In this document: positions 41,513 to 59,530 of the stretch, piece after piece
Numbering within the stretch: the stretch's first letter is position 1
Layout: each line of letters opens with the position of its first letter
Source: Candidatus Dormiibacterota bacterium
GTDB taxonomy: Bacteria; Chloroflexota; Dormibacteria; Aeolococcales; Aeolococcaceae
NCBI GenBank assembly: GCA_963718525.1
Contig: OY970355.1
Coordinates: 2,976,001-3,040,000 of the forward strand
Direction: 5' to 3'
Length of the DNA: 64,000 nt
Translations under genes and position numbers: made by a program
The notes under the pieces: model-generated
What the model saw: the letters and a program-made list of their open reading frames with translations, nothing else
What the model was told of the DNA's origin: nothing
Database searches by the model: none

Positions 41513-43600
41513 TTACACCCTGGCTTTGGCGACGAGCTCTTCGGCGAGACTCGCTGGAAGCTGTTGATAGTGATGGAATTCCATGCTGTAGTTGGCCCTG
41601 CCCTGGGTCATGCTGCGCAGGTCCGTCGAATAGCCGAACATCGCCGACAGCGGCACTTCGGCATGCACGATGTGCGATGCGGCGCGACCCTCCATGCCAA
41701 GGATCTGTCCACGCCGTCCGGAGAGATCGCCCATGACGTCGCCCATGAACTCCTCCGGCATGAACACGTCGACGCGCATGATCGGCTCGAGGAGCACCGG
41801 CTTCGCCTTGCGAACCCCGTCCTTGAAGCCCATCGACCCGGCGATGGAAAAGGCCTGTTCGGACGAGTTGACGTCATGGTAGGAACCGTCGACGAGGGTC
41901 ACCTTGACGTCGACGACCGGGTAGCCCGCCAGCACACCGTTGGAGAGCGAATCCTGGATGCCTCGCTGCGTCGGAGCGATGTATTCCCTCGGGATGGTGC
42001 CGCCGGTGATCTTGCTGACGAACTCGAAGCCCTTGCCGGGGTTGGGCTCGATCTCGAGCTCGACGTGGCCGTACTGGCCATGGCCGCCGGACTGGCGCAC
42101 GAAACGCCCGGTGCCGTGCGCTTTCTGGGTGACCGTCTCCCGGTACGAGACCTGGGGCTTGCCGACCGTTGCGTCGACCTTGAATTCACGGAGCATGCGG
42201 TCGACGATGATCTCGAGGTGGAGCTCGCCCATTCCTGAGATGACCGTCTGCCCGGTCTCCTCGTCGGTGCGAACCCGGAACGTGGGGTCCTCCTCGGCGA
42301 GCTTCTGCAGCGCGATGCCCATCTTGTCCTGCTCGGCCTTGGTCTTCGGTTCGACCGCGACTGAGATGACCGGCTCCGGGAAGGTGATCTGCTCGAGGAC
42401 GATCGGGTACTTCTCGTCGCAGAGCGTGTCCCCGGTGGTGGTCTTGCGCAGCCCGATCGCCGCCGCGATGTCGCCGGCGCGAACCTCCTCGATCTCCTCG
42501 CGATGGTTCGCGTGCATCTGGAGGAGCCGCCCGACGCGCTCGCGCTCGCCCTTGGTCGCGTTGTAGACGTACGAGCCGCTGCGCAGCACGCCGCTGTACA
42601 CGCGGAAGAAGGTGAGCTTTCCGACGAACGGGTCGGTCGCGATCTTGAAGGCGAGCGCCGCGAAGGGCTCGGAGTTGCTGGCGTTGCGCACCACCGCCTT
42701 CTCTCCCTCAGCAGTCGCGCCTTCGACCGATGGACGGTCGAGCGGCGACGGGAGGAAGTCGACGACCGCGTCGAGCATCGGCTGGACGCCCTTGTTCTTG
42801 AGCGCTGAACCACAGAGCACCGGGACGAGCTTGGTGCCGACCGTGCCGGTTCGAAGCCCGCGGACGATGTCGGCGGTCGTCAGGGTCTCGCCGTCGAGGT
42901 ACTTGATCATCAGCTCGTCATCGGCCTCGGCGACCGCCTCGAGGAGATCGTGGCGGTACTGGGCGACCAGTTCGCGCATGTCCTCCGGGATCTCCGAGCG
43001 CCGCAGGCTCGTGCCGAGGTCGTCGGTGTAGATGATGGCTTCCTCGGTGATGAGGTCGATCATCCCCCTGAACTCCGACTCGGCGCCGATCGGGAGCTGG
43101 ATGGGCACGGCATGGGCTCCGAGGCGCTCCTTGATGGAGGTCACCGCGGCGTAGAAGTTCGCGCCGATGCGGTCCATCTTGTTGATGAAGCAGATGCGCG
43201 GAACCTCGTACCGATCGGCCTGGCGCCACACCGTCTCGGACTGGGGCTCGACCCCGGCGACGGCATCGAACACGGCGACCGCTCCGTCGAGCACGCGAAG
43301 GCTGCGCTCCACCTCGACGGTGAAGTCCACGTGCCCGGGCGTATCGATAATGTTGATACGGTGGCCGCGCCACTCGGCAGCCGTTGCAGCCGATGTGATC
43401 GTGATGCCGCGCTCCTGCTCCTGGACCATCCAGTCCATGGTCGCGGCGCCCTCATGGACCTCGCCCATCTTGTGGATACGGCCGGTATAGAAGAGGACGC
43501 GCTCGGTGGTCGTGGTCTTGCCCGCGTCGATGTGGGCCATGATCCCGATGTTCCGGGTCTTCTCGAGGGGGAAGGCGCGCGCCGCCACTGCAACCACCAT
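41513..43600 (-). CDS. fusA: Elongation factor G
   Basis: [41 protein letters not shown]. Confidence 0.99.
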   Translation of the reverse strand: MVVAVAARAFPLEKTRNIGIMAHIDAGKTTTTERVLFYTGRIHKMGEVHEGAATMDWMVQEQERGITITSAATAAEWRGHRINIIDTPGHVDFTVEVERSLRVLDGAVAVFDAVAGVEPQSETVWRQADRYEVPRICFINKMDRIGANFYAAVTSIKERLGAHAVPIQLPIGAESEFRGMIDLITEEAIIYTDDLGTSLRRSEIPEDMRELVAQYRHDLLEAVAEADDELMIKYLDGETLTTADIVRGLRTGTVGTKLVPVLCGSALKNKGVQPMLDAVVDFLPSPLDRPSVEGATAEGEKAVVRNASNSEPFAALAFKIATDPFVGKLTFFRVYSGVLRSGSYVYNATKGERERVGRLLQMHANHREEIEEVRAGDIAAAIGLRKTTTGDTLCDEKYPIVLEQITFPEPVISVAVEPKTKAEQDKMGIALQKLAEEDPTFRVRTDEETGQTVISGMGELHLEIIVDRMLREFKVDATVGKPQVSYRETVTQKAHGTGRFVRQSGGHGQYGHVELEIEPNPGKGFEFVSKITGGTIPREYIAPTQRGIQDSLSNGVLAGYPVVDVKVTLVDGSYHDVNSSEQAFSIAGSMGFKDGVRKAKPVLLEPIMRVDVFMPEEFMGDVMGDLSGRRGQILGMEGRAASHIVHAEVPLSAMFGYSTDLRSMTQGRANYSMEFHHYQQLPASLAEELVAKARV

Positions 43601-43601
43601 G

Positions 43602-44072
43602 TCAGTACCGGAAGTGCGAGAACGCTTTGTTCGACTCGGCCATCTTGTGGGTGTCTTCCTTGCGCTTGATCGAAGCGCCGACGCCATTGGCCGCGTCCAT
43701 CAGCTCGCCGGCGAGCTTCTCCGACATGCTCTTGCCGCCGCGGCCCCGCGCGTAGCGGATGATCCAGCGCCGGGCAAGCGCCTGGCGACGGTCATGGCGG
43801 ATCTCCACTGGCACCTGATAGGTGGCGCCGCCGACCCGCTTCGGCTTGACCTCGAGGATCGGGGTCACGTTGCGGATCGCCTGGTCGAACACATCGAGCG
43901 GCTCCTTGCGGGAGGAGCGGCGGATCTTCTCAAACGAGTCGTAGACGATCTTCTCGGCAATGCTCTTCTTCCCGGCGAGCATGATGCAGTTCACGAATTT
44001 CGCCAGTCCCACACTCCCGTAGATCGGGTCGGGCAGGATGACGCGTTTCTGGACGCGGGCGCGACGTGGCAT
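43602..44072 (-). CDS. rpsG: 30S ribosomal protein S7
   Basis: [28 protein letters not shown]. Confidence 0.98.
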   Translation of the reverse strand: MPRRARVQKRVILPDPIYGSVGLAKFVNCIMLAGKKSIAEKIVYDSFEKIRRSSRKEPLDVFDQAIRNVTPILEVKPKRVGGATYQVPVEIRHDRRQALARRWIIRYARGRGGKSMSEKLAGELMDAANGVGASIKRKEDTHKMAESNKAFSHFRY

Positions 44073-44078
44073 GGATCC

Positions 44079-44459
<381 letters not shown>

Positions 44460-44539
44460 GACCGTCCGTTTATTGAGAATTGCGCTCTGCCACGAAACAG
44501 CGCGCGCGAATACGAGGAAAGCTCGTGGAGCGAAGCGAA

Positions 44540-44569
44540 AGCCTACCAGACGTCGAGTTCACACGTCAA
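44540..44569 (-). promoter_or_regulatory. Promoter of the str/S10 superoperon
   Basis: TTGACG-N18-TAGGCT with TGn extension on the minus strand. Confidence 0.6.
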
Positions 44570-44618
44570 ACCTCAGTACCACCCGTGACATCGGCGCTCG
44601 CGGCAATTGGCCTGTGCC

Positions 44619-44627
44619 TGTTACGCT
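44619..44627 (+). promoter_or_regulatory. Extended -10 promoter of rplJ
   Basis: TG-t-TACGCT, ~40 nt upstream of the L10 leader core. Confidence 0.5.
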
Positions 44628-44664
44628 GTCGCCCTTCCAGAAAGACGACTCGCCGTCGTCCGTT

Positions 44665-44720
44665 CGCCGAAGACCGCAGGCGCGGGGCCGCTCCCGCTCA
44701 ATTCTCCTGCGCAGGTGGGC
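44665..44720 (+). ncRNA. Ribosomal protein L10 leader (cis-regulatory RNA)
   Basis: CCGAAGACCGCAGG...CTCAATTCTCCTGCGCAGGT upstream of rplJ matches the L10-leader kink-turn pattern (AGAC-GCAGG / CCTGC-AGGT). Confidence 0.75.
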
Positions 44721-44803
44721 AACGCTGCCGGAGCGCACCCGCGAGTGCGGACCGGGCCGTCGTCCCGCCGTCGGCACGGGCGCGGCCACCGACGGAGGCA
44801 GCA

Positions 44804-45355
44804 ATGGCAACAACCAGCACCGGCAAGCCGGAGGTGAGGGCGGGTTCGCGCAAGGTCGCGGCCGTGACCAATCTCACCGAAAGGCTCTCGAGGGCAACCT
44901 CGGCCGTCGTGACCGACTACCGGGGACTGACGGTCCGCCAGCTCGAGGATCTGCGCGGCCGGCTCCGGGTCGAGGGAATCGACTACATCGTCGTCAAGAA
45001 CACCCTTGCCAGGCGTGCGGCCGTGGAAGCGGGCACCCCCGCCTTCGCGGACGTCCTCGGTGGCCCGGTCGGACTGGCTATCGGATACGGGGACCTCTCC
45101 GCGCCGGCGCGGATCCTCTTCGAGCACTTCCGGAGCACACGCACGCTGCCGCTCGTGGCGGGCCTCGCCGAGGGTCGGGTGCTGAACGGCGACGACGTGC
45201 GCACCCTCGCCGAGCTCCCTTCCAGGGACGTGCTGCTCAGCCGCCTCGCAGGAGCGCTGCTCGGACCCCTCTCCACCCTCGCGGGCGCCCTCGATTCGCC
45301 CCTGTCCACCCTCGCGGCCACCCTCGAGGCGTACCGCGACAAGCTCGCCGCCTAG
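44804..45355 (+). CDS. rplJ: 50S ribosomal protein L10
   Basis: TDYRGLTV..LR..LR, VVKNTLARRA, LAELPSRD; GGAGG RBS. Confidence 0.97.
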   Translation: MATTSTGKPEVRAGSRKVAAVTNLTERLSRATSAVVTDYRGLTVRQLEDLRGRLRVEGIDYIVVKNTLARRAAVEAGTPAFADVLGGPVGLAIGYGDLSAPARILFEHFRSTRTLPLVAGLAEGRVLNGDDVRTLAELPSRDVLLSRLAGALLGPLSTLAGALDSPLSTLAATLEAYRDKLAA

Positions 45356-45397
45356 CCCGGCCACCCCCACACAAGACAACTTATTTAAGGAGAAGCA

Positions 45398-45784
45398 ATG
45401 GCCACCAAGACACTCACCCCCGAGGAGTTCGTTGACGCGCTCGAGTCCTGGACCGTCCTGGACGTCGTCAACGCCGTGAAACTCATGGAGGACAAGCTCG
45501 GTATCAAGGCCGCAGCCCCAGTCGCCGCCGCAGCCGCCCCGACCGCGGCAGCCGATGCCCCCGTCGAGGAGCAGACCGAGTTCACGGTCGTCCTCACCCA
45601 CCCCGGCGACGCCAAGATCAATGTCATCAAGGCCGTCCGTGAGATCACCGGGCTCGGCCTCAAGGAAGCCAAGGACCTCGTGGACGCGGCCCCGAAGGCC
45701 ATACGCGAAGGCGTCCCCCGGGCCGAGGCCGACAGCACCAAGGCGAAGCTCGAAGAGGCGGGCGCCTCCGTCGAGATCAAGTAG
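45398..45784 (+). CDS. rplL: 50S ribosomal protein L7/L12
   Basis: [34 protein letters not shown]. Confidence 0.98.
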   Translation: MATKTLTPEEFVDALESWTVLDVVNAVKLMEDKLGIKAAAPVAAAAAPTAAADAPVEEQTEFTVVLTHPGDAKINVIKAVREITGLGLKEAKDLVDAAPKAIREGVPRAEADSTKAKLEEAGASVEIK

Positions 45785-45814
45785 CGCGGTTCGAGCCGCA
45801 CCGAGCGAGGCGAA

Positions 45815-45834
45815 TCCGGCTCTCCGGAGCCGGA
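45815..45834 (+). terminator. Hairpin between rplL and rpoB (possible attenuator)
   Basis: TCCGGCTC-tccg-GAGCCGGA 8-bp stem; weak U-tail. Confidence 0.4.
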
Positions 45835-46015
45835 CGCTTCAAAACGGGCGCGCACGGGTAGAGTTCTATTCCCGAGATCAAGCCCGGATGAAAGGCGCGC
45901 CAAACGCTCCGAACGGGCAGTGAAGGCCGTTTTACGCCGGTTTTTGCTACGATACGGGATTGTGCCCGTCGCCGCGCGTGCCCGCGCGCATTCCTTCTCG
46001 GGGGAACTTTAGCAT

Positions 46016-49402
<3,387 letters not shown>

Positions 49403-49426
49403 CAGCAATCGGTAGTTAGGACACAC

Positions 49427-53797
<4,371 letters not shown>

Positions 53798-53823
53798 GCG
53801 GGCGTCGGCAGCGCATACAGACA

Positions 53824-53863
53824 CACGATCCGGTGACGGCTTCACTGCTGTTACCGGATCGTG
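53824..53863 (+). terminator. Strong hairpin after rpoC
   Basis: CACGATCCGGTGAC-N12-GTTACCGGATCGTG, 14-bp stem with one G-U pair. Confidence 0.6.
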
Positions 53864-53900
53864 AACTGTTGCGTCGCGGTGGCGGGCTAGGCTTTCTCCG

Positions 53901-54224
53901 ATGCTCCTTCTCCTCGCAGCTGCCGCGCACGCCTCAAAGTCCAGCTCCATTCCGGGAGACGTCTACCTCGCCGCCACCGGTGCCCTGGTCTGCTGGGTGG
54001 TGGTCTACCTCATCTACAAGGTGGTGATGACCGGTCGGAAGGACTTCGGGATGCCGGTCAAGCGCCGCCTGCTCTGCAAGCGTCTTCGCGTCGACCACGA
54101 CCAGAGCGCCGAGGTGCCGATCTGGTGGACCGATCTCCAGGTGCAGCGCGCTGTTCGGGCCCACTGGCGGCACACGCTGCGACTGCCGTTCGGGACGGCA
54201 TCAGAGGCGCGGCCTCAGTTGTAG
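53901..54224 (+). CDS. Small hypothetical membrane-anchored protein
   Basis: 107 aa with one TM segment (LAATGALVCWVVVYLIY), host-like codon usage, TAGGCT 7 nt upstream. Confidence 0.6.
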   Translation: MLLLLAAAAHASKSSSIPGDVYLAATGALVCWVVVYLIYKVVMTGRKDFGMPVKRRLLCKRLRVDHDQSAEVPIWWTDLQVQRAVRAHWRHTLRLPFGTASEARPQL

Positions 54225-54277
54225 CGTTCTCGCACAGGAGTGTGACGAGGACCTCCGGATCGATCTGATCAGGGACC

Positions 54278-55438
54278 ATGGCCGTCTGGTCGCAGTCGAT
54301 CACGGGCTCGGAGAGGGCACGACGCGGAGGTAATCACCAGGTGGCTCGGGTACTCGTCGCTGAGGACGATGCGCTCACGCGACGCTTCATCGAGGAGACG
54401 CTCGAGTTCGCCGGTCATGACGTGACCAGTGCCTCCAACGGCGCGGAGGCGATCGGCGCCGTTGATGCCCCGGGCTGTTTCGACGCGGTGATCACCGACT
54501 ACGCGATGCCGCATGCCAACGGCGTCGACCTCATCACCCACGCACAGCGGGTGGATCCGATGATCTCGTGCATCGTCGTGACCGCGTTTCGCGATCTGGA
54601 CCTCGCCATGCAGGCGATGCAGGCAGGCGCGGTTGCGTTCATCCCGAAGCCATTCAAATCGATACACCTGCTCACCGTGCTCGATCGCGCACTCGAGCGT
54701 CGCGAGCTGGCCGACGAAGCGCTGCGTCTGCGCTTTCTCGCGCCGATGCTCGAGCGCTTCACGATGGTCCTGGCCAACGCCCTCGAGTCCAAGGACTACG
54801 AGACCCAGGAGCACTCGACGCGGCTCGTCGGCATGTCCGATGCGATCGCGCGCCACATCGGCATCGGCGACGGCATGCGCAGCATCATCCGCTTCGGCGC
54901 CTGTCTCCACGACATCGGCAAGGTCGCAGTCCCCGAAGCACTGCTGCGCAAGCCGGAGGCGCTGACCGCCGAGGAGCGCAAGGTGATGCAAACCCACCCG
55001 GAGGTCGGGGCGGCGATTCTCGCGGACATCGACACCTGGGAAGACGTCCGGCTGATCGTCAGGCACCACCACGAGCACTTCAACGGCGCGGGGTACCCGG
55101 ACGGTCTCCGCGGCGAACAGATCCCGCTCGGTGCTCGCATCGTCTCGGTGGTCGACGCCTTCGATGTCATGCGCACGGGGCGGCCGTATCAACCCGCCCG
55201 CTCGTACGAATGGATCCTCGATGAGCTGCAGCGTGAGAGCGGGCGCCAGTTCGATCCCGACATGGTCGCGGCACTGATCGCCGTGATGCCCGTCGAGGGC
55301 ACCGCGATCGCGGTACCACCCCTGGACTTTCAGCCGGAGCGTCGAGCCGCGGTCGGGCGCCGCCAGAATGACGCCGCCATCGCCGCCTGGTTGCAGGGAG
55401 ACGGCGCGCTCCTCCGGGCCCCGATCCTCCCCAGGTAG
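54278..55438 (+). CDS. Response regulator with HD-GYP phosphodiesterase domain (RpfG-like)
   Basis: REC (VAEDD, TDYAMP, KPF) plus LHDIGK, HHEHFNGAGYPDGLRGEQIP, VDAFD. Start may be GTG 54341. Confidence 0.92.
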   Translation: MAVWSQSITGSERARRGGNHQVARVLVAEDDALTRRFIEETLEFAGHDVTSASNGAEAIGAVDAPGCFDAVITDYAMPHANGVDLITHAQRVDPMISCIVVTAFRDLDLAMQAMQAGAVAFIPKPFKSIHLLTVLDRALERRELADEALRLRFLAPMLERFTMVLANALESKDYETQEHSTRLVGMSDAIARHIGIGDGMRSIIRFGACLHDIGKVAVPEALLRKPEALTAEERKVMQTHPEVGAAILADIDTWEDVRLIVRHHHEHFNGAGYPDGLRGEQIPLGARIVSVVDAFDVMRTGRPYQPARSYEWILDELQRESGRQFDPDMVAALIAVMPVEGTAIAVPPLDFQPERRAAVGRRQNDAAIAAWLQGDGALLRAPILPR

Positions 55439-55442
55439 CTCG

Positions 55443-56144
55443 CTAGCCCCTGAGCGGGCTCAGCGCCGTGAGCGCTCCGAGGTCCCCGGCGAGCAGAGCT
55501 GCCGCCAGTGTCTGAACTCCCCTCCCGTTCGGCTCCGTGAGGACCACGTCAGCCCGAGCCTTCAGGGCGTCGACCGCATTGGCGACCGCAACCGACACGC
55601 CCGCGACGGCAAAGAGCGGGATGTCGTTCTCCCCGTCGCCGACGGCGACGGTCGCGGCCGGGGACTCGTCCATGTTCCGGAGTGCCGCCTCGAGCCCGGT
55701 TCGCTTGCTGATGCCCGGGGGCAGCACCATCGCCGAGTCGCGGTTGCGGACGACCTGACGGTCAACACCAAGCTTGGCGATCGCGGCCGAGAGCTTTGCT
55801 TCCTGCGACCAGTTGGTCGAGCAGAGCACGCGACCGACGATCAGCGGGCTGACCCCGGTTCGCTGGAATTCGGCCGCCAGCGCACTCGGAATTCGAGGTG
55901 CCAGGAGGTGCTCTGCCCCGGTGGTCGCATCGACCACCACAGCGCCGTTCTCGACCACGATTTCATCGAAGAGGGTGCCGGGATCGAACACGTCGGCGAG
56001 CTCCTCCCGGGTTCGCCCGGTCACGAGGATCAACCGGATGCCGGCCGCTGCGACGCGCTCCAGGGCCTTGATCGTCTCGTCCGCCCACACCCCCTCGACG
56101 GCGAGTGTCCCGTCAAAGTCGCATGCCAGTACGCGATGCCGCAT
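55443..56144 (-). CDS. HAD-superfamily hydrolase (Cof/IIB type)
   Basis: DFDGT, VTGR, SKRTG, GDGEND. Confidence 0.88.
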   Translation of the reverse strand: MRHRVLACDFDGTLAVEGVWADETIKALERVAAAGIRLILVTGRTREELADVFDPGTLFDEIVVENGAVVVDATTGAEHLLAPRIPSALAAEFQRTGVSPLIVGRVLCSTNWSQEAKLSAAIAKLGVDRQVVRNRDSAMVLPPGISKRTGLEAALRNMDESPAATVAVGDGENDIPLFAVAGVSVAVANAVDALKARADVVLTEPNGRGVQTLAAALLAGDLGALTALSPLRG

Positions 56145-56203
56145 CCACTCCATTGTCGGGGGGACGTACCGATCCAGGCTTCGCGCCTCGTGAATCGGGG
56201 CAC

Positions 56204-57277
56204 TCAGAGATCGAATGTCGCCCGGACCTCCGTTCCCCTGCCGAGCTGCGATCTGATCTCGAGGTGGCCCTTGTCGCCGTCAGCGCGCTCGCGCATGGTG
56301 AGCAGCCCGAAGTGTCGGGTTCGATCCACGGTTGCCTCGGTCGCCTCGACGTCCATGCCCACGCCGTCGTCGCGGATCACCGCGTTCACCTGCTTCGGCA
56401 GGAACGTGATCACCACCTCGACGTTCGACGCCTTGGCATGCTTGCGCGCGTTGTTGAGGGCCTCCTGCACGATCCGGAAGAGCGTCTGCTCGAGACCACC
56501 GCCCATACGGATCTCCTCGCCGACCACGCGCAGGTGCGCGGTGATGGAGTTGCGCTCCCCGAACTCGGCGACGAATTTCCGGAGCGTCGGCACCAGGCCG
56601 AGGTCGTCCAGGGTCATCGGGCGGAGGTCGAAGATCAGCCGGCGCGTGTCATCGAGAACGCTTCGGACGCCGTTCTTGAAGTCCGCCAGCTCGGTGACCA
56701 CCATCTTCGGGTCGCGGGCGATGAGCCGCTCGATGATCTCCGCCTGGAGCACGAGGTTTGCCATCGACTGCGCAGGCCCGTCATGCATGTCCCGGGCGAT
56801 GCGCATCCGCTCCTCCTCGATGATCTGGAACGTCTGCCGCGAGGCATCGCGAAGCCGGGCAGTGCCATTGGTCGGTCCGGCGTTGGCGGCGAGAAGATCG
56901 TCGAGGCTGCGGTAGACAGCACGGAGCACCTCCTGCTCTGCCCGGATACCGGTGAGCCGGGTGCCGAGCTCGACCTGACGCTCCTCCGTCGCCGCAAGGT
57001 CCGCCCTGATCTTGGCGAGGGTGCGGAACGCACTGTCGATCTCGTCGACATCGCCGGCGGGCAGCACGCTCAGGAGTGCGCCCCACCGCCCCTCCGCCTC
57101 GTGCTGTGCGGTCCGCAGCTCCTGCAGGCGAAGGGCCACCGCCGCGAGCTCGTCATCGAGCGATGCCGCCGTCGCATCGAGATCCTCGATGCGCTTGGTC
57201 ACCAGGAATCGGACACCTGACAGCGCCGAAGGGTTCATGGTGGGGGCAGCTTCGACTTCACTCACCATCGTCATCAT
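56204..57277 (-). CDS. Soluble DegS-like sensor histidine kinase (HisKA_3)
   Basis: EERMRIARDMHDGPAQ, DLRPMTLDDLGL, FRIVQEALNNARKHA, DDGVG, FGLLTMRERA. Confidence 0.92.
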   Translation of the reverse strand: MMTMVSEVEAAPTMNPSALSGVRFLVTKRIEDLDATAASLDDELAAVALRLQELRTAQHEAEGRWGALLSVLPAGDVDEIDSAFRTLAKIRADLAATEERQVELGTRLTGIRAEQEVLRAVYRSLDDLLAANAGPTNGTARLRDASRQTFQIIEEERMRIARDMHDGPAQSMANLVLQAEIIERLIARDPKMVVTELADFKNGVRSVLDDTRRLIFDLRPMTLDDLGLVPTLRKFVAEFGERNSITAHLRVVGEEIRMGGGLEQTLFRIVQEALNNARKHAKASNVEVVITFLPKQVNAVIRDDGVGMDVEATEATVDRTRHFGLLTMRERADGDKGHLEIRSQLGRGTEVRATFDL

Positions 57278-57411
57278 GTCACCGCAGAGTCGCACCCTGC
57301 CCGTACTTCACAAATGGCTGTGACAGGCCTGTTGCACGACGGGCCGCGAGTAGCGCCGAGGGTATAACCAGATCGCAGTTGAACCACCCGATCAGGGAAA
57401 TCTCCACGCTC

Positions 57412-57849
57412 ATGAGGCACGGCGACCCACCACGCATTCTCGTCGCGGAAGACGATGACTCGCTTCGCCGCCTTCTTGAGTTGCGGCTCGCCAGTGACGG
57501 GTTCGACGTGCGCTGTGCCGAGGATGGCATGGAGGCGCTCGAGATCGTCATCAAGGGCTGGCTCCCGGATGCGGTCGTCTGCGACGTGATGATGCCGCGC
57601 CTGAGCGGGCTGTCGGTGAGTCGCGAGCTCCGTGCTCAGGCCAAGACCGCGTCGGTTCCGATCATCCTCCTCACCGCGCGCAATTTCGACGAAGACATTC
57701 AGGCTGTCATGGATCTCGGCGGGATCACATACATGGGCAAGCCGTTCGAGTTTGCGCATCTGCTGAAGATGCTCTGGTCGGCGGTCGGGCTCGAACAACC
57801 GGGCGCTCCGTCTGCGGCCCATGTGATCTCGGGAGCATCGCAGAGCTGA
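57412..57849 (+). CDS. Single-domain response regulator
   Basis: ILVAEDD, CDVMMP, LTA, KPF; no output domain. Confidence 0.88.
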   Translation: MRHGDPPRILVAEDDDSLRRLLELRLASDGFDVRCAEDGMEALEIVIKGWLPDAVVCDVMMPRLSGLSVSRELRAQAKTASVPIILLTARNFDEDIQAVMDLGGITYMGKPFEFAHLLKMLWSAVGLEQPGAPSAAHVISGASQS

Positions 57850-57871
57850 CGGCCGGGTAGCTGGCGGCGTA

Positions 57872-59530
57872 ATGAGCAGCGTGGCGGCTGAGGCGGTGCA
57901 CGAGCAGCGAAGTGGATTCCGCGCGCGCCTCGATTCAATGACCGCGCCCAGCGGACTCTTCATCGCGGCGGTGCTGGTCATCATGGCGCTGCCGGTCACG
58001 CGCACCATCCAGGATCCTGACTTCTGGTGGCATCTTCGCGCCGGTCAGCTGATCATCCAGCACGGTGGTCTGCTCGGCAACGACCCGTTCACCTATACGG
58101 TCGCGAACCACCACTGGACCATGCACGAGTGGCTCAACGAGGTGCTGTTCGCAATCGAGTTCACGGTCGGCGGACTCGAACTCATCGTTCTGACGCTCTC
58201 CGCGGTGACCTGGCTCGGACTTCTTGCGATCATGCAGAAGGCGCGCCTCCGGAATCCCGGTCGCGGTGTCCTCGGCATCGGCATTCTCATTGGGGTGATT
58301 GCCGGATTCCCGATCTGGGGACCGCGCGTGCAGATGATCACGTTCGCCTTCTCTGCATTGACGCTGTTGCTCGTCGAACGCCATCTGGTGCGTGGCGGCA
58401 GGGCGATGTGGTTGCTCGTTCCGTTGTTCGTGTTGTGGAGCAATTTGCATGGCGAATTCGTCATCGGACTCGCGTTCATCGCGCTCATCCTGGTCGCCGA
58501 GGTCGTCGGTCAGCGCCTCCACCTGCCCGACCCGGCGCCGCGCGCACGCCTCATGCCGGTGCTGTATCTGCTGATCGCCTGTACCGCGGTGAGCATGATC
58601 AACCTCAACGGTCCAACCATCCTGTTCTACGCGGCCGGCACGCAGGCATCGGGCCCGCAGCAGTCACTGATCGAGGAGTGGTTCTCGCCGAGCTTCCACG
58701 ACTGGGAGGTGCTCGTCTACGGCGCCATGATGCTCATCCTCGCAATGCTGATCGTCTTCAACCGGCGCATCCGTGCGCGCGATGTCGCGCTCGTGGTGGT
58801 GACGACTGCGCTGTCCCTGCAGTCCGCACGCCACATCGAGCTGTTTGTCGCGGCATCGACACCGGTCTTCATCGACCAGCTCGAAATGGCGACACCGCGG
58901 ATGCGGACCGCCCTCCGGCGCTTGCGACACGCGCAGCCCGCAGCGCCTGCGCGAACCCGGGTGCGGCCGCCGCTGCTCTTCCGCCTCACCGCGTTCGCAA
59001 TGCTGATGGCAGGACTCGGCGGCATCTACGTCGCATGGCTGGTGCCGAAGATGCAGCTGCAGCCGTATTCCCTGGCGTACGCGCAGGAATTCCCGGTGTG
59101 TGCGGCGCAGTGGCTGGCCGAGGCGCCGGAACCATTGAAGATCTTCAACCAGTACGGCGAGGGCGGCTACCTCACCTACGCGCTGTCCTCGCGTGGCGAC
59201 AAGGTGTTCATCTTCGGTGACGCCGCGCTCATGGGTGACCAGATGCTCGAGACCTACGCGTCGGTCGAGACGGTCACGCCGAACTGGGACGCGATCATCC
59301 GACAGTACGGCACCGACATCGTGCTCTACGACATCAACACGCCACTCGCCGACGTGATGGACCACGCCACGGACTGGACCAAGGTGTACCAGGATGGTCT
59401 GAGCGTCGCGTTCGTGCCGACGGAGAGGCTCTCGACGCTGCAGCTGCCACCCGTGCCTCACTGGGTACCCGGCAGCGTCTGCGCTCAGCAGGCGAAGGCG
59501 AGCGCAAACGCGGGAGCGCCGGCGCAGTGA
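57872..59530 (+). CDS. Multi-TM membrane protein, probable GT-C-fold glycosyltransferase-like
   Basis: DPDFWWHLRAG...DPFTYT...HEWL loop after TM1, LWSNLHG, IEEW, soluble C-terminus FNQYGEGGYL. Confidence 0.7.
   Translation: MSSVAAEAVHEQRSGFRARLDSMTAPSGLFIAAVLVIMALPVTRTIQDPDFWWHLRAGQLIIQHGGLLGNDPFTYTVANHHWTMHEWLNEVLFAIEFTVGGLELIVLTLSAVTWLGLLAIMQKARLRNPGRGVLGIGILIGVIAGFPIWGPRVQMITFAFSALTLLLVERHLVRGGRAMWLLVPLFVLWSNLHGEFVIGLAFIALILVAEVVGQRLHLPDPAPRARLMPVLYLLIACTAVSMINLNGPTILFYAAGTQASGPQQSLIEEWFSPSFHDWEVLVYGAMMLILAMLIVFNRRIRARDVALVVVTTALSLQSARHIELFVAASTPVFIDQLEMATPRMRTALRRLRHAQPAAPARTRVRPPLLFRLTAFAMLMAGLGGIYVAWLVPKMQLQPYSLAYAQEFPVCAAQWLAEAPEPLKIFNQYGEGGYLTYALSSRGDKVFIFGDAALMGDQMLETYASVETVTPNWDAIIRQYGTDIVLYDINTPLADVMDHATDWTKVYQDGLSVAFVPTERLSTLQLPPVPHWVPGSVCAQQAKASANAGAPAQ

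Noticed and set aside
57306-57324. CRP box upstream of the DegS-like kinase
   Set aside because: Half-sites are in reversed order (TCACA-N6-TGTGA), not the CRP arrangement.
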